Assembly (NCBI GenBank): GCA_964016885.1
Contig: OZ024741.1
Span: 270,134,001 to 270,198,000 of the forward strand
From: Eledone cirrhosa
Lineage: Eukaryota
DNA length: 64,000 nucleotides
Reading direction: 5' to 3'
Shown here: positions 38,701 to 52,200 of the stretch, one piece after another
How the letters are laid out: the number at the start of each line of letters is the position of its first letter
How positions within the stretch are numbered: position 1 is the stretch's first letter
The notes under the pieces: generated by a model
What the model saw: only the letters and a program-made list of their open reading frames with translations
Database searches by the model: none
Told to the model about the DNA's origin: nothing
Made by a program: the position numbers and the translations under genes

Positions 38701-41700
38701 CTATGTGTCTGTCTATAGGTAGTTAGTGTGAATGTGGCTGTCAGTATGTATGTGTCTGTCTATAGGTAGTTAGTGTGAATGTGGCTGTCAGTATGTATGT
38801 GTCTGTCTATTTGTAGTTAGTGTGAATATGGCTGTCAGTATGTATGTGTCTGTCTATAGGTAGTTAGTGTGAATGTGGCTGTTAGTATGTATGTGTCTGT
38901 CTATAGGTAGTTAGTGTGAATGTGGCTGTCAGTATGTATGTGTCTGTCTATAGGTAGTTAGTGTGAATGTGGCTGTCAGTATCTATGTGTCTGCCTATAG
39001 GTAGTTAGTGTGAATGTGGCTGTTAGTATGTATGTGTCTGTCTACAGGTAGTTAGTGTGAATGTGGCTGTCAGTATGTATGTGTCTGTCTATAGGTAGTT
39101 ATTGTGAATGTGGCTGTCAGTATGTTTGTGTCTGTCTATAGGTAGTTAGTGTGAATGTGGCTGTCAGTATGTATGTGTCTGTCTATAGGTAGTTAGTGTG
39201 AATGTGGCTGTCAGTATGTATGTATCTGTCTATAGGTAGTTAGTGTGAATGTGGCTGTTAGTATGTATGTGTCTGTCTATAGGTAGTTAGTGTGAATGTG
39301 GCTGTTAGTATGTATGTGTCTGTCTATAGGTAGTTAGTGTGAATGTGGCTGTCAGTATGTATGTGTCTGTCTATAGGTAGTTAGTGTGAATGTGGCTGTC
39401 AGTATGTATGTGTCTGTCTATAGGTAGTTAGTGTGAATGTGGCTGTCAGTATCTATGTGTCTGTCTATAGGTAGTTAGTGTGAATGTGGCTGTCAGTATG
39501 TATGTGTCTGTCTATAGGTAGTTAGTGTGAATGTGGCTGTCAGTATGTATGTGTCTGTCTATAGGTAGTTAGTGTGAATGTGGCTGTCAGTATCTATGTG
39601 TCTGCTTATAGGTAGTTAGTGTGAATGTGGCTGTTAGTATGTATGTGTCTGTCTATAGGTAGTTAGTGTGAATGTGGCTGTCAGTATGTATGTGTCTGTC
39701 TATAGGTAGTTAGTGTGAATGTGGCTGTCAGTATGTTTGTGTCTGTCTATAGGTAGTTAGTGTGAATGTGGCTGTCAGTATGTATGTGTCTATCTATAGG
39801 TAGTTAGTATGAATGTGGCTGTCAGTATGTATGTGTCTGTCTATAGGTAGTTAGTGTGAATGTGGCTGTCAGTATGTATGTATCTGTCTATAGGTAGTTA
39901 GTGTGAATGTGACTGTCAGTATGTATGTGTCTGTCTATAGGTAGTTAGTGTGAATATGGCTGTCAGTATGTATGTGTCTGTCTATAGGTACTTAGTGTGA
40001 ATGTGGCTGTCAGTATGTATGTGTCTGCCTATAGGTAGTTAGTGTGAATGTGGCTGTCAGTATGTATGTGTCTGACTATAGGTAGTTAGTGTGAATGTGG
40101 CTGTCAGTATATATGTGTCTATCTATAGGTAGTTAGTGTGAATGTGGCTGTCAGTATGTATGTGTCTGTCTATAGGTAGTTAGTGTGAATGTGGCTGTCA
40201 GTATGTATGTGTCTGTCTATAGGTAGTTAGTGTGAATGTGGCTGTCAGTATGTATGTGTCTGTCTATAGGTAGTTAGTGTGAATGTGTCTGTCAGTATGT
40301 ATGTTTCTGTCTTTAGGTAGTTAGTGTGAATGTGGCTGTCAGTATCTATGTGTCTGTCTAGAGGTAGTTAGTGTGAATGTGGCTGTCAGTATGTATGTGT
40401 CTGTCTATAGGTAGTTAGTGTGAATGTGGCTGTCAATATGTATGTGTCTGTCTATAGGTAGTTAGTGTGAATGTGGCTGTCAGTATGTATGTGTCTGTCT
40501 ATGGGTAGTTAGTGTGAATGTGGCTGTCAGTATGTATGTGTCTGTCTATAGATAGTTAGTGTGAATGTGGCTGTCAGTATGTATGTGTCTGTCTATAGGT
40601 AGTTAGTGTGAATGTGGCTGTCAGTATGTATGTGTCTGTCTATAGGTAGTTAGTGTGAATGTGGCTGTCAGTATGTATGTGTCTGTCTATAGGTAGTTAG
40701 TGTGAATGTGGCTGTCAGTATGTATGTGTCTGTCTAGAGGTAGTTAGTGTGAATGTGGCTGTCAGTATGTATGTGTCTGTCTATAGGTAGTTAGTGTGAA
40801 TGTGGCTGTTAGTATGTATGTGTCTGTCTATAGGTAGTTAGTGTGAATGTGGCTGTCAGTAAGTATGTGTCTGTCTATAGGTAGTTAGTGTTAATGTGGC
40901 ACGTTAGTATGTATGTGTCTGTCTATAGGTAGTTAGTGTGAATGTGGCTGTCAGTATGTATGTGTCTGTCTATAGGTAGTTAGTGCGAATGTGTCTGTCA
41001 GTATGTATGTGTATGTCTATAGGTAGTTAGTGTGAATGTGGCTGTCAGTATGTATGTGTCTGTCTATAGGTAGTTAGTGTCATTGTGGCTGTCAGTATGT
41101 ATGTGTCTGTCTATAGGTAGTTAGTGTGAATGTGGCTGTCAGTATGTATGTGTCTGTCTATAGGTAGTTAGTGTGAATGTGGCTGTCAGTATGTATGTGT
41201 CTGTCTATAGGTAGTTAGTGTGAATGTGGCTGTCAGTATGTATGTATCTGTCTATAGGTAGTTAGTGTGAATGTGGCTGTTAGTATGTATGTGTCTGTCT
41301 ATAGGTAGTTAGTGTGAATATGGCTGTCAGTATGTATGTGTCTGTCTATAGGTACTTAGTGTGAATGTGGCTGTCAGTATGTATGTGTCTGCCTATAGGT
41401 AGTTAGTGTGAATGTGGCTGTCAGTATGTATGTGTCTGACTATAGGTAGTTAGTGTGAATGTGGCTGTCAGTATATATGTGTCTATCTATAGGTAGTTAG
41501 TGTGAATGTGGCTGTCAGTATGTATGTGTCTGTCTATAGGTAGTTAGTGTGAATGTGGCTGTCAGTATGTATGTGTCTGTCTATAGGTAGTTAGTGTGAA
41601 TGTGGCTGTCAGTATGTATGTGTCTGTCTATAGGTAGTTAGTGTGAATGTGTCTGTCAGTATGTATGTTTCTGTCTTTAGGTAGTTAGTGTGAATGTGGC

Positions 41701-43230
41701 TGTCAGTATCTATGTGTCTGTCTAGAGGTAGTTAGTGTGAATGTGGCTGTCAGTATGTATGTGTCTGTCTATAGGTAGTTAGTGTGAATGTGGCTGTCAA
41801 TATGTATGTGTCTGTCTATAGGTAGTTAGTGTGAATGTGGCTGTCAGTATGTATGTGTCTGTCTATGGGTAGTTAGTGTGAATGTGGCTGTCAGTATGTA
41901 TGTGTCTGTCTATAGATAGTTAGTGTGAATGTGGCTGTCAGTATGTATGTGTCTGTCTATAGGTAGTTAGTGTGAATGTGGCTGTCAGTATGTATGTGTC
42001 TGTCTATAGGTAGTTAGTGTGAATGTGGCTGTCAGTATGTATGTGTCTGTCTATAGGTAGTTAGTGTGAATGTGGCTGTCAGTATGTATGTGTCTGTCTA
42101 GAGGTAGTTAGTGTGAATGTGGCTGTCAGTATGTATGTGTCTGTCTATAGGTAGTTAGTGTGAATGTGGCTGTTAGTATGTATGTGTCTGTCTATAGGTA
42201 GTTAGTGTGAATGTGGCTGTCAGTAAGTATGTGTCTGTCTATAGGTAGTTAGTGTTAATGTGGCTGTTAGTATGTATGTGTCTGTCTATAGGTAGTTAGT
42301 GTGAATGTGGCTGTCAGTATGTATGTGTCTGTCTATAGGTAGTTAGTGCGAATGTGTCTGTCAGTATGTATGTGTATGTCTATAGGTAGTTAGTGTGAAT
42401 GTGGCTGTCAGTATCTATGTGTCTGTCTATAGGTAGTTAGTGTGATTGTGGCTGTCAGTATGTATGTGTCTGTCTATAGGTAGTTAGTGTGAATGTGGCT
42501 GTCAGTATGTATGTGTCTGTCTATAGGTAGTTAGTGTGAATGTGGCTGTCAGTATGTATGTGTCTGTCTATAGGTAGTTAGTGTGAATGTGGCTGTCAGT
42601 ATGTATGTATCTGTCTATAGGTAGTTAGTGTGAATGTGGCTGTTAGTATGTATGTGTCTGTCTATAGGTAGTTAGTGTGAATGTGGCTGTTAGTATGTAT
42701 GTGTCTGTCTATAGGTAGTTAGTGTGAATGTGGCTGTCAGTATGTATGTGTCTGTCTATAGGTAGTTAGTGTGAATGTGGCTGTCAGTATGTATGTGTCT
42801 GTCTATAGGTAGTTAGTGTGAATGTGGCTGTCAGTATCTATGTGTCTGTCTATAGGTAGTTAGTGTGAATGTGGCTGTCAGTATGTATGTGTCTGTCTAT
42901 AGGTAGTTAGTGTGAATGTGGCTGTCAGTATGTATGTGTCTGTCTATAGGTAGTTAGTGTGAATGTGGCTGTCAGTATGTATGTGTCTGTCTAGAGGTAG
43001 TTAGTGTGAATGTGGCTGTCAGTATGTATGTGTCTGTCTATAGGTAGTTAGTGTGAATGTGGCTGTCAGTATGTATGTGTCTGTCTATAGGTACTTAGTG
43101 TGAATGTGGCTGTCAGTATGTATGTGTCTGTCTATAGGTAGTTAGTGTGGATGTGGCTGTCAGTATGTATGTGTCTGTCTATAGGTAGTTAGTGTGAATG
43201 TGGCTGTTAGTATGTATGTGTCTGTCTATA
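29530..43230. repeat. Tandem duplication, period 6,862 bp (exactly 146 monomers; 6,863 after a +1 insertion at ~40901), 2 copies
   Basis: GGCTCTCAG 29904/36766 and CTGCAG 30488/37350 (offset 6,862). GTGTCATT 34218/41081 and GTACTT 36231/43094 (offset 6,863). Confidence 0.93.
33080..35800. repeat. Nested higher-order repeat, 29 monomers (1,363 bp), 2 copies (repeated again at ~39.95-42.66 kb)
   Basis: GTCTTTAGG variant at 33451 and 34814. Shared GTGCGAAT, GTGTTAAT and GTGTATGTC variants at the same spacing. Confidence 0.87.
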
Positions 43231-46200
43231 AGTAGTTAGTGTGAATGTGGCTGTCAGTAAGTATGTGTCTGTCTATAGGTAGTTAGTGTGAATGTGGCTG
43301 TCAATATGTATGTGTCTGTCTATAGGTAGTTACTGTGAATGTGGCTGTCAGTATGTATGTGTCTGTCTATAGGTAGTTAGTGTGAATGTGGCTGTCAGTA
43401 TGTATGTGTCTGTCTATAGGTAGTTAGTGTGAATGTGGCTGTCAGTATGTATGTGTCTGTCTATAGGTAGTTAGTGTGAATGCGGCTGTCTGTATGTATG
43501 TGTCTGTCTATAGGTAGTTAGTGTGAATGTGGCTGTCAGTATGTATGTGTCTGTCTATAGGTAGTTAGTGTGAATGTGGCTGTCAGTATGTTTGTGTCTG
43601 TCTATAGGTAGTTGGTGTGAATGTGGCTGTCAGTATGTATGTGTCTGTCTATAGGTAGTTAGTGTGAATGTGGCTGTCAGTATGTATGTGTCTGTCTATA
43701 GGTAGTTAGTGTGAATGTGGCTGTCAGTATGTATGTGTCTGTCTATAGGTAGTTAGTGTGAATGTGGCTGTCAGTATCTATGTGTCTGTCTATAGGTAGT
43801 TAGTGTGAATGTGGCTGTCAGTATGTATGTGTCTGTCTATAGGTAGTTAGTGTGAATGTGGCTGTCAGTATGTATGTGTCTGTCTATTTGTAGTTAGTGT
43901 GAATATGGCTGTCAGTATGTATGTGTCTGTCTATAGGTAGTTAGTGTGAATGTGGCTGTTAGTATGTATGTGTCTGTCTATAGGTAGTTAGTGTGAATGT
44001 GGCTGTCAGTATGTATGTGTCTGTCTATAGGTAGTTAGTGTGAATGTGGCTGTCAGTATCTATGTGTCTGCCTATAGGTAGTTAGTGTGAATGTGGCTGT
44101 TAGTATGTATGTGTCTGTCTACAGGTAGTTAGTGTGAATGTGGCTGTCAGTATGTATGTGTCTGTCTATATGTAGTTATTGTGAATGTGGCTGTCAGTAT
44201 GTTTGTGTCTGTCTATAGGTAGTTAGTGTGAATGTGGCTGTCAGTATGTATGTGTCTGTCTATAGGTAGTTAGTGTGAATGTGGCTGTCAGTATGTATGT
44301 ATCTGTCTATAGGTAGTTAGTGTGAATGTGGCTGTTAGTATGTATGTGTCTGTCTATAGGTAGTTAGTGTGAATGTGGCTGTTAGTATGTATGTGTCTGT
44401 CTATAGGTAGTTAGTGTGAATGTGGCTGTCAGTATGTATGTGTCTGTCTATAGGTAGTTAGTGTGAATGTGGCTGTCAGTATGTATGTGTCTGTCTATAG
44501 GTAGTTAGTGTGAATGTGGCTGTCAGTATCTATGTGTCTGTCTATAGGTAGTTAGTGTGAATGTGGCTGTCAGTATGTATGTGTCTGTCTATAGGTAGTT
44601 AGTGTGAATGTGGCTGTCAGTATGTATGTGTCTGTCTATAGGTAGTTAGTGTGAATGTGGCTGTCAGTATCTATGTGTCTGCTTATAGGTAGTTAGTGTG
44701 AATGTGGCTGTTAGTATGTATGTGTCTGTCTATAGGTAGTTAGTGTGAATGTGGCTGTCAGTATGTATGTGTCTGTCTATAGGTAGTTAGTGTGAATGTG
44801 GCTGTCAGTATGTTTGTGTCTGTCTATAGGTAGTTAGTGTGAATGTGGCTGTCAGTATGTATGTGTCTATCTATAGGTAGTTAGTATGAATGTGGCTGTC
44901 AGTATGTATGTGTCTGTCTATAGGTAGTTAGTGTGAATGTGGCTGTCAGTATGTATGTATCTGTCTATAGGTAGTTAGTGTGAATGTGACTGTCAGTATG
45001 TATGTGTCTGTCTATAGGTAGTTAGTGTGAATATGGCTGTCAGTATGTATGTGTCTGTCTATAGGTACTTAGTGTGAATGTGGCTGTCAGTATGTATGTG
45101 TCTGTCTATAGGTAGTTAGTGTGAATGTGGCTGTCAGTATGTATGTGTCTGTCTATAGGTAGTTAGTGTGAATGTGGCTGTCAGTATCTATGTGTCTGTC
45201 TATAGGTAGTTAGTGTGAATGTGGCTGTCAGTATGTATGTGTCTGTCTATAGGTAGTTAGTGTGAATGTGGCTGTCAGTATGTATGTGTCTGTCTATTTG
45301 TAGTTAGTGTGAATATGGCTGTCAGTATGTATGTGTCTGTCTATAGGTAGTTAGTGTGAATGTGGCTGTTAGTATGTATGTGTCTGTCTATAGGTAGTTA
45401 GTGTGAATGTGGCTGTCAGTATGTATGTGTCTGTCTATAGGTAGTTAGTGTGAATGTGGCTGTCAGTATCTATGTGTCTGCCTATAGGTAGTTAGTGTGA
45501 ATGTGGCTGTTAGTATGTATGTGTCTGTCTACAGGTAGTTAGTGTGAATGTGGCTGTCAGTATGTATGTGTCTGTCTATAGGTAGTTATTGTGAATGTGG
45601 CTGTCAGTATGTTTGTGTCTGTCTATAGGTAGTTAGTGTGAATGTGGCTGTCAGTATGTATGTATCTGTCTATAGGTAGTTAGTGTGAATGTGGCTGTTA
45701 GTATGTATGTGTCTGTCTATAGGTAGTTAGTGTGAATGTGGCTGTTAGTATGTATGTGTCTGTCTATAGGTAGTTAGTGTGAATGTGGCTGTCAGTATGT
45801 ATGTGTCTGTCTATAGGTAGTTAGTGTGAATGTGGCTGTCAGTATGTATGTGTCTGTCTATAGGTAGTTAGTGTGAATGTGGCTGTCAGTATCTATGTGT
45901 CTGTCTATAGGTAGTTAGTGTGAATGTGGCTGTCAGTATGTATGTGTCTGTCTATAGGTAGTTAGTGTGAATGTGGCTGTCAGTATGTATGTGTCTGTCT
46001 ATAGGTAGTTAGTGTGAATGTGGCTGTCAGTATCTATGTGTCTGCTTATAGGTAGTTAGTGTGAATGTGGCTGTTAGTATGTATGTGTCTGTCTATAGGT
46101 AGTTAGTGTGAATGTGGCTGTCAGTATGTATGTGTCTGTCTATAGGTAGTTAGTGTGAATGTGGCTGTCAGTATGTTTGTGTCTGTCTATAGGTAGTTAG

Positions 46201-49200
46201 TGTGAATGTGGCTGTCAGTATGTATGTGTCTATCTATAGGTAGTTAGTATGAATGTGGCTGTCAGTATGTATGTGTCTGTCTATAGGTAGTTAGTGTGAA
46301 TGTGGCTGTCAGTATGTATCTATCTGTCTATAGGTAGTTAGTGTGAATGTGGCTGTCAGTATGTATGTGTCTGTCTATAGGTACTTAGTGTGAATGTGGC
46401 TGTCAGTATGTATGTGTCTGCCTATAGGTAGTTAGTGTGAATGTGGCTGTCAGTATGTATGTGTCTGACTATAGGTAGTTAGTGTGAATGTGGCTGTCAG
46501 TATATATGTGTCTATCTATAGGTACTTAGTGTGAATGTGGCTGTCAGTATGTATGTGTCTGCCTATAGGTAGTTAGTGTGAATGTGGCTGTCAGTATGTA
46601 TGTGTCTGACTATAGGTAGTTAGTGTGAATGTGGCTGTCAGTATATATGTGTCTATCTATAGGTAGTTAGTGTGAATGTGGCTGTCAGTATGTATGTGTC
46701 TGTCTATAGGTAGTTAGTGTGAATGTGGCTGTCAGTATGTATGTGTCTGTCTATAGGTAGTTAGTGTGAATGTGGCTGTCAGTATGTATGTGTCTGTCTA
46801 TAGGTAGTTAGTGTGAATGTGTCTGTCAGTATGTATGTTTCTGTCTTTAGGTAGTTAGTGTGAATGTGGCTGTCAGTATCTATGTGTCTGTCTAGAGGTA
46901 GTTAGTGTGAATGTGGCTGTCAGTATGTATGTGTCTGTCTATAGGTAGTTAGTGTGAATGTGGCTGTCAATATGTATGTGTCTGTCTATAGGTAGTTAGT
47001 GTGAATGTGGCTGTCAGTATGTATGTGTCTGTCTATGGGTAGTTAGTGTGAATGTGGCTGTCAGTATGTATGTGTCTGTCTATAGATAGTTAGTGTGAAT
47101 GTGGCTGTCAGTATGTATGTGTCTGTCTATAGGTAGTTAGTGTGAATGTGGCTGTCAGTATGTATGTGTCTGTCTATAGGTAGTTAGTGTGAATGTGGCT
47201 GTCAGTATGTATGTGTCTGTCTATAGGTAGTTAGTGTGAATGTGGCTGTCAGTATGTATGTGTCTGTCTAGAGGTAGTTAGTGTGAATGTGGCTGTCAGT
47301 ATGTATGTGTCTGTCTATAGGTAGTTAGTGTGAATGTGGCTGTTAGTATGTATGTGTCTGTCTATAGGTAGTTAGTGTGAATGTGGCTGTCAGTAAGTAT
47401 GTGTCTGTCTATAGGTAGTTAGTGTTAATGTGGCTGTTAGTATGTATGTGTCTGTCTATAGGTAGTTAGTGTGAATGTGGCTGTCAGTATGTATGTGTCT
47501 GTCTATAGGTAGTTAGTGCGAATGTGTCTGTCAGTATGTATGTGTATGTCTATAGGTAGTTAGTGTGAATGTGGCTGTCAGTATCTATGTGTCTGTCTAT
47601 AGGTAGTTAGTGTGATTGTGGCTGTCAGTATGTATGTGTCTGTCTATAGGTAGTTAGTGTGAATGTGGCTGTCAGTATGTATGTGTCTGTCTATAGGTAG
47701 TTAGTGTGAATGCGGCTGTCAGCATGTTTGTGTCTGTCTATAGGTAGTTAGTGTGAATGTGGCTGTCAGTATGTATGTGTCTGTCTATAGGTAGTTACTG
47801 TGAATGTGGCTGTCAGTATGTATGTGTCTATCTATAGGTAGTTAGTATGAATGTGGCTGTCAGTATGTATGTGTCTGTCTATAGGTAGTTAGTGTGAATG
47901 TGGCTGTCAGTATGTATGTATATGTCTATAGGTAGTTAGTGTGAATGTGGCTGTCAGTATGTATGTGTCTGTCTATAGGTAGTTAGTGTGAATGTGGCTG
48001 TCAGTATATATGTGTCTATCTATAGGTAGTTAGTGTGAATGTGGCTGTCAGTATGTATGTGTCTGTCTATAGGTAGTTAGTGTGAATGTGGCTGTCAGTA
48101 TGTATGTGTCTGTCTATAGGTAGTTAGTGTGAATGTGGCTGTCAATATGTATGTGTCTGTCTATAGGTAGTTAGTGTGAATGTGGCTGTCAGTATGTATG
48201 TGTCTGTCTAGAGGTAGTTAGTGTGAATGTGGCTGTCAGTATGTATGTGTCTGACTATAGGTAGTTAGTGTGAATGTGGCTGTCAGTATATATGTGTCTA
48301 TCTATAGGTAGTTAGTGTGAATGTGGCTGTCAGTATGTATGTGTCTGTCTATAGGTAGTTAGTGTGAATGTGGCTGTCAGTATGTATGTGTCTGTCTATA
48401 GGTAGTTAGTGTGAATGTGGCTGTCAGTATGTATGTGTCTGTCTATAGGTAGTTAGTGTGAATGTGGCTGTCTGTATGTATGTGTCTGTCTATAGGTACT
48501 TAGTGTGAATGTGGCTGTCAGTATGTATGTGTCTGTCTATAGGTAGTTAGTGTGAATGTGGCTGTTAGTATGTATGTGTCTGTCTATAGGTAGTTAGTGT
48601 GAATGTGGCTGTCAGTAAGTATGTGTCTGTCTATAGGTAGTTAGTGTGAATGTGGCTGTCAATATGTATGTGTCTGTCTATAGGTAGTTACTGTGAATGT
48701 GGCTGTCAGTATGTATGTGTCTGTCTATAGGTAGTTAGTGTGAATGTGGCTGTCAGTATGTATGTGTCTGTCTATAGGTAGTTAGTGTGAATGTGGCTGT
48801 CAGTATGTATGTGTCTGTCTATAGGTAGTTAGTGTGAATGCGGCTGTCTGTATGTATGTGTCTGTCTATAGGTAGTTAGTGTGAATGTGGCTGTCAGTAT
48901 GTATGTGTCTGTCTATAGGTAGTTAGTGTGAATGTGGCTGTCAGTATATATGTGTCTATCTATAGGTAGTTAGTGTGAATGTGGCTGTCAGTATGTTTGT
49001 GTCTGTCTATAGGTAGTTGGTGTGAATGTGGCTGTCAGTATGTATGTGTCTGTCTATAGGTAGTTAGTGTGAATGTGGCTGTCAGTATGTATGTGTCTGT
49101 CTATAGGTAGTTAGTGTGAATGTGGCTGTCAGTATGTATGTGTCTGTCTATAGGTAGTTAGTGTGAATGTGGCTGTCAGTATCTATGTGTCTGTCTATAG

Positions 49201-52200
49201 GTAGTTAGTGTGAATGTGGCTGTCAGTATGTATGTGTCTGTCTATAGGTAGTTAGTGTGAATGTGGCTGTCAATATGTATGTGTCTGTCTATTTGTAGTT
49301 AGTGTGAATATGGCTGTCAGTATGTATGTGTCTGTCTATAGGTAGTTAGTGTGAATGTGGCTGTTAGTATGTATGTGTCTGTCTATAGGTAGTTAGTGTG
49401 AATGTGGCTGTCAGTATGTATGTGTCTGTCTATAGGTAGTTAGTGTGAATGTGGCTGTCAGTATCTATGTGTCTGCCTATAGGTAGTTAGTGTGAATGTG
49501 GCTGTTAGTATGTATGTGTCTGTCTACAGGTAGTTAGTGTGAATGTGGCTGTCAGTATGTATGTGTCTGTCTATAGGTAGTTATTGTGAATGTGGCTGTC
49601 AGTATGTTTGTGTCTGTCTATAGGTAGTTAGTGTGAATGTGGCTGTCAGTATGTATGTGTCTGTCTATAGGTAGTTAGTGTGAATGTGGCTGTCAGTATG
49701 TATGTATCTGTCTATAGGTAGTTAGTGTGAATGTGGCTGTTAGTATGTATGTGTCTGTCTATAGGTAGTTAGTGTGAATGTGGCTGTTAGTATGTATGTG
49801 TCTGTCTATAGGTAGTTAGTGTGAATGTGGCTGTCAGTATGTATGTGTCTGTCTATAGGTAGTTAGTGTGAATGTGGCTGTCAGTATGTATGTGTCTGTC
49901 TATAGGTAGTTAGTGTGAATGTGGCTGTCAGTATATATGTGTCTGTCTATAGGTAGTTAGTGTGAATGTGGCTGTCAGTATGTATGTGTCTGTCTATAGG
50001 TAGTTAGTGTGAATGTGGCTGTCAGTATGTATGTGTCTGTCTATAGGTAGTTAGTGTGAATGTGGCTGTCAGTATGTATGTGTCTGTCTATAGGTAGTTA
50101 CTGTGAATGTGGCTGTCAGTATTTATGTGTCTGTCTATAGATAGTTAGTGTGAATGTGGTTGTCAGTATGTATGTGTCTATCTATAGGTAGTTAGTGTGA
50201 ATGTGGCTGTCAGTATGTATGTGTCTGTCTATAGGTAGTTAGTTTGAATGTGGCTGTCAGTATGTATGTGTCTGTCTATAGGTACTTAGTGTGAATGTGG
50301 CTGTCAGTAAGTATGTATCTGTCTATATGTAGTTAGTGTGAATGTGGCTGTCAGAATGTATGTGTCTGTCTATAGGTAGTTAGTGTGAATGTAGCTGTCA
50401 GTATGTATGTGTCTGTCTATAGGTAGTTAGTGTGAATGTGGCTGTCAGTATGTATGTGTCTGTCTATAGGTAGTTAGTGTGAATGTGGCTGTCAGTAAGT
50501 ATGTGTCTGTCTATAGGTAGTTAGTGTGAATGTGGCTGTCAGTATGTATGTGTCTGTCAATAGGTAGTTAGTGTGAATGTGGCTGTCAGTATGTATGTGT
50601 CTGTCTATAGGTAGTTAGTGTGAATGTGGTTGTCAGTATGTATGTGTCTGTCTATAGGTAGTTAGTGTGAATGTGGCTGTCAGTATGTATGTGTCTGTCT
50701 ATGGGTAGTTAGTGTGAATGTGGCTGTCAGTATGTATTTGCCTGTCTATAGGTAGTTAGTGTGAATGTGGCTGTCAGTATGTATGTGTCTGTCTATAGGT
50801 AGTTAGTGTGAATGTGGCTGTCAGTATGTATGTGTCTGTCTATAGGTAGTTAGTGTGAATGTGGCTGTCAGTATGTATGTGTCTGGCTATAGGTAGTTAG
50901 TGTGAATTTGGCTGTCAGTATGTATGTGTCTGTCTATAGGTAGTTAGTGTGAATGTGGCTGTCAGTATGTATGTGTCTGTCTATAGGTAGTTAGTGTGAA
51001 TGTAGCTGTCAGTATGTATGTGTCTGTCTATAGGTAGTTAGTGTGAATGTGGCTGTCAGTATATATGTGTCTGTCTATAGGTAGTTAGTGTGAATGTGGC
51101 TGTCAGTATGTATGTGTCTGTCTATAGGTAGTTAGTGTGAATGTGGCTGTCAGTATGTATGTGTCTGTCTATTGGTAGTTAGTGTGAATGTGGCTGTCAG
51201 TATGTATGTGTCTGTCTATAGGTAGTTAGTGTGAATGTGGCTGTCAGTATGTATATGTCTGTCTATAGGTACTTAGTGTGAATGTGGCTGTCAGTAAGTA
51301 TGTATCTGTCTATATGTAGTTAGTGTGAATGTGGCTGTCAGAATGTATGTGTCTGTCTATAGGTAGTTAGTGTGAATGTGGCTGTCAGTATGTATGTGTC
51401 TGTCTATAGGTAGTTAGTGTGTATGTGGCTGTCAGTATGTATGTGTCTGTCTATAGGTAGTTAGTGTGAATGTGGCTGTTAGTATGTATGTGTCTGTCTA
51501 TAGGTAGTTAGTGTGAATGTGGCTGTCAGTATGTATCTGTCTGTCTATAGGTAGTTAGTGTGAATGTAGCTGTCAGTATGTATGTGTCTGTCTATAGGTA
51601 GTTAGTGTGAATGTGGCTGTCAGTATGTATGTGTCTGTCTATAGGTAGTTAGTGTGAATGTGGCTGTCAGTATGTATGTGTCTGTCTATTGGTTGTTAGT
51701 GTGAATGTGGCTGTCAGTATGTATGTGTCTGTCTATAGGTAGTTAGTGTGAATGTGGCTGTCAGTATGTATGTGTCTGTCTATAGGTAGTTGGTGTGAAT
51801 GTGGCTGTCAGTATATATGAGTCTATCTATAGGTAGTTAGTGTGAATGTGGCTGTCAGTAAGTATGTGTCTGTCTATAGGTAGTTAGTGTGAATGTAGCT
51901 GTCAGTATGTATGTGTCTGTCTATAGGTAGTTAGTGTGAATGTGGCTGTCAGTATGTATGTGTCTGTCTATAGGTAGTTAGTGTGGATGTGGCTGTCAGT
52001 ATGTATGTGTCTGTCTATAGGTAGTTAGTGTGAATGTGGCTGTCAGTATGTATGTGTCTGTCTATAGATAGTTAGTGTGAATGTGGCTGTCAATATGTAT
52101 GTGTCTGTCTATAGGTAGTTAGTGTGAATGTGGCTGTCAGTATGTATGTGTCTGTCTAGAGGTAGTTAGTGTGAATGTGGCTGTCAGTATGTATGTGTCT

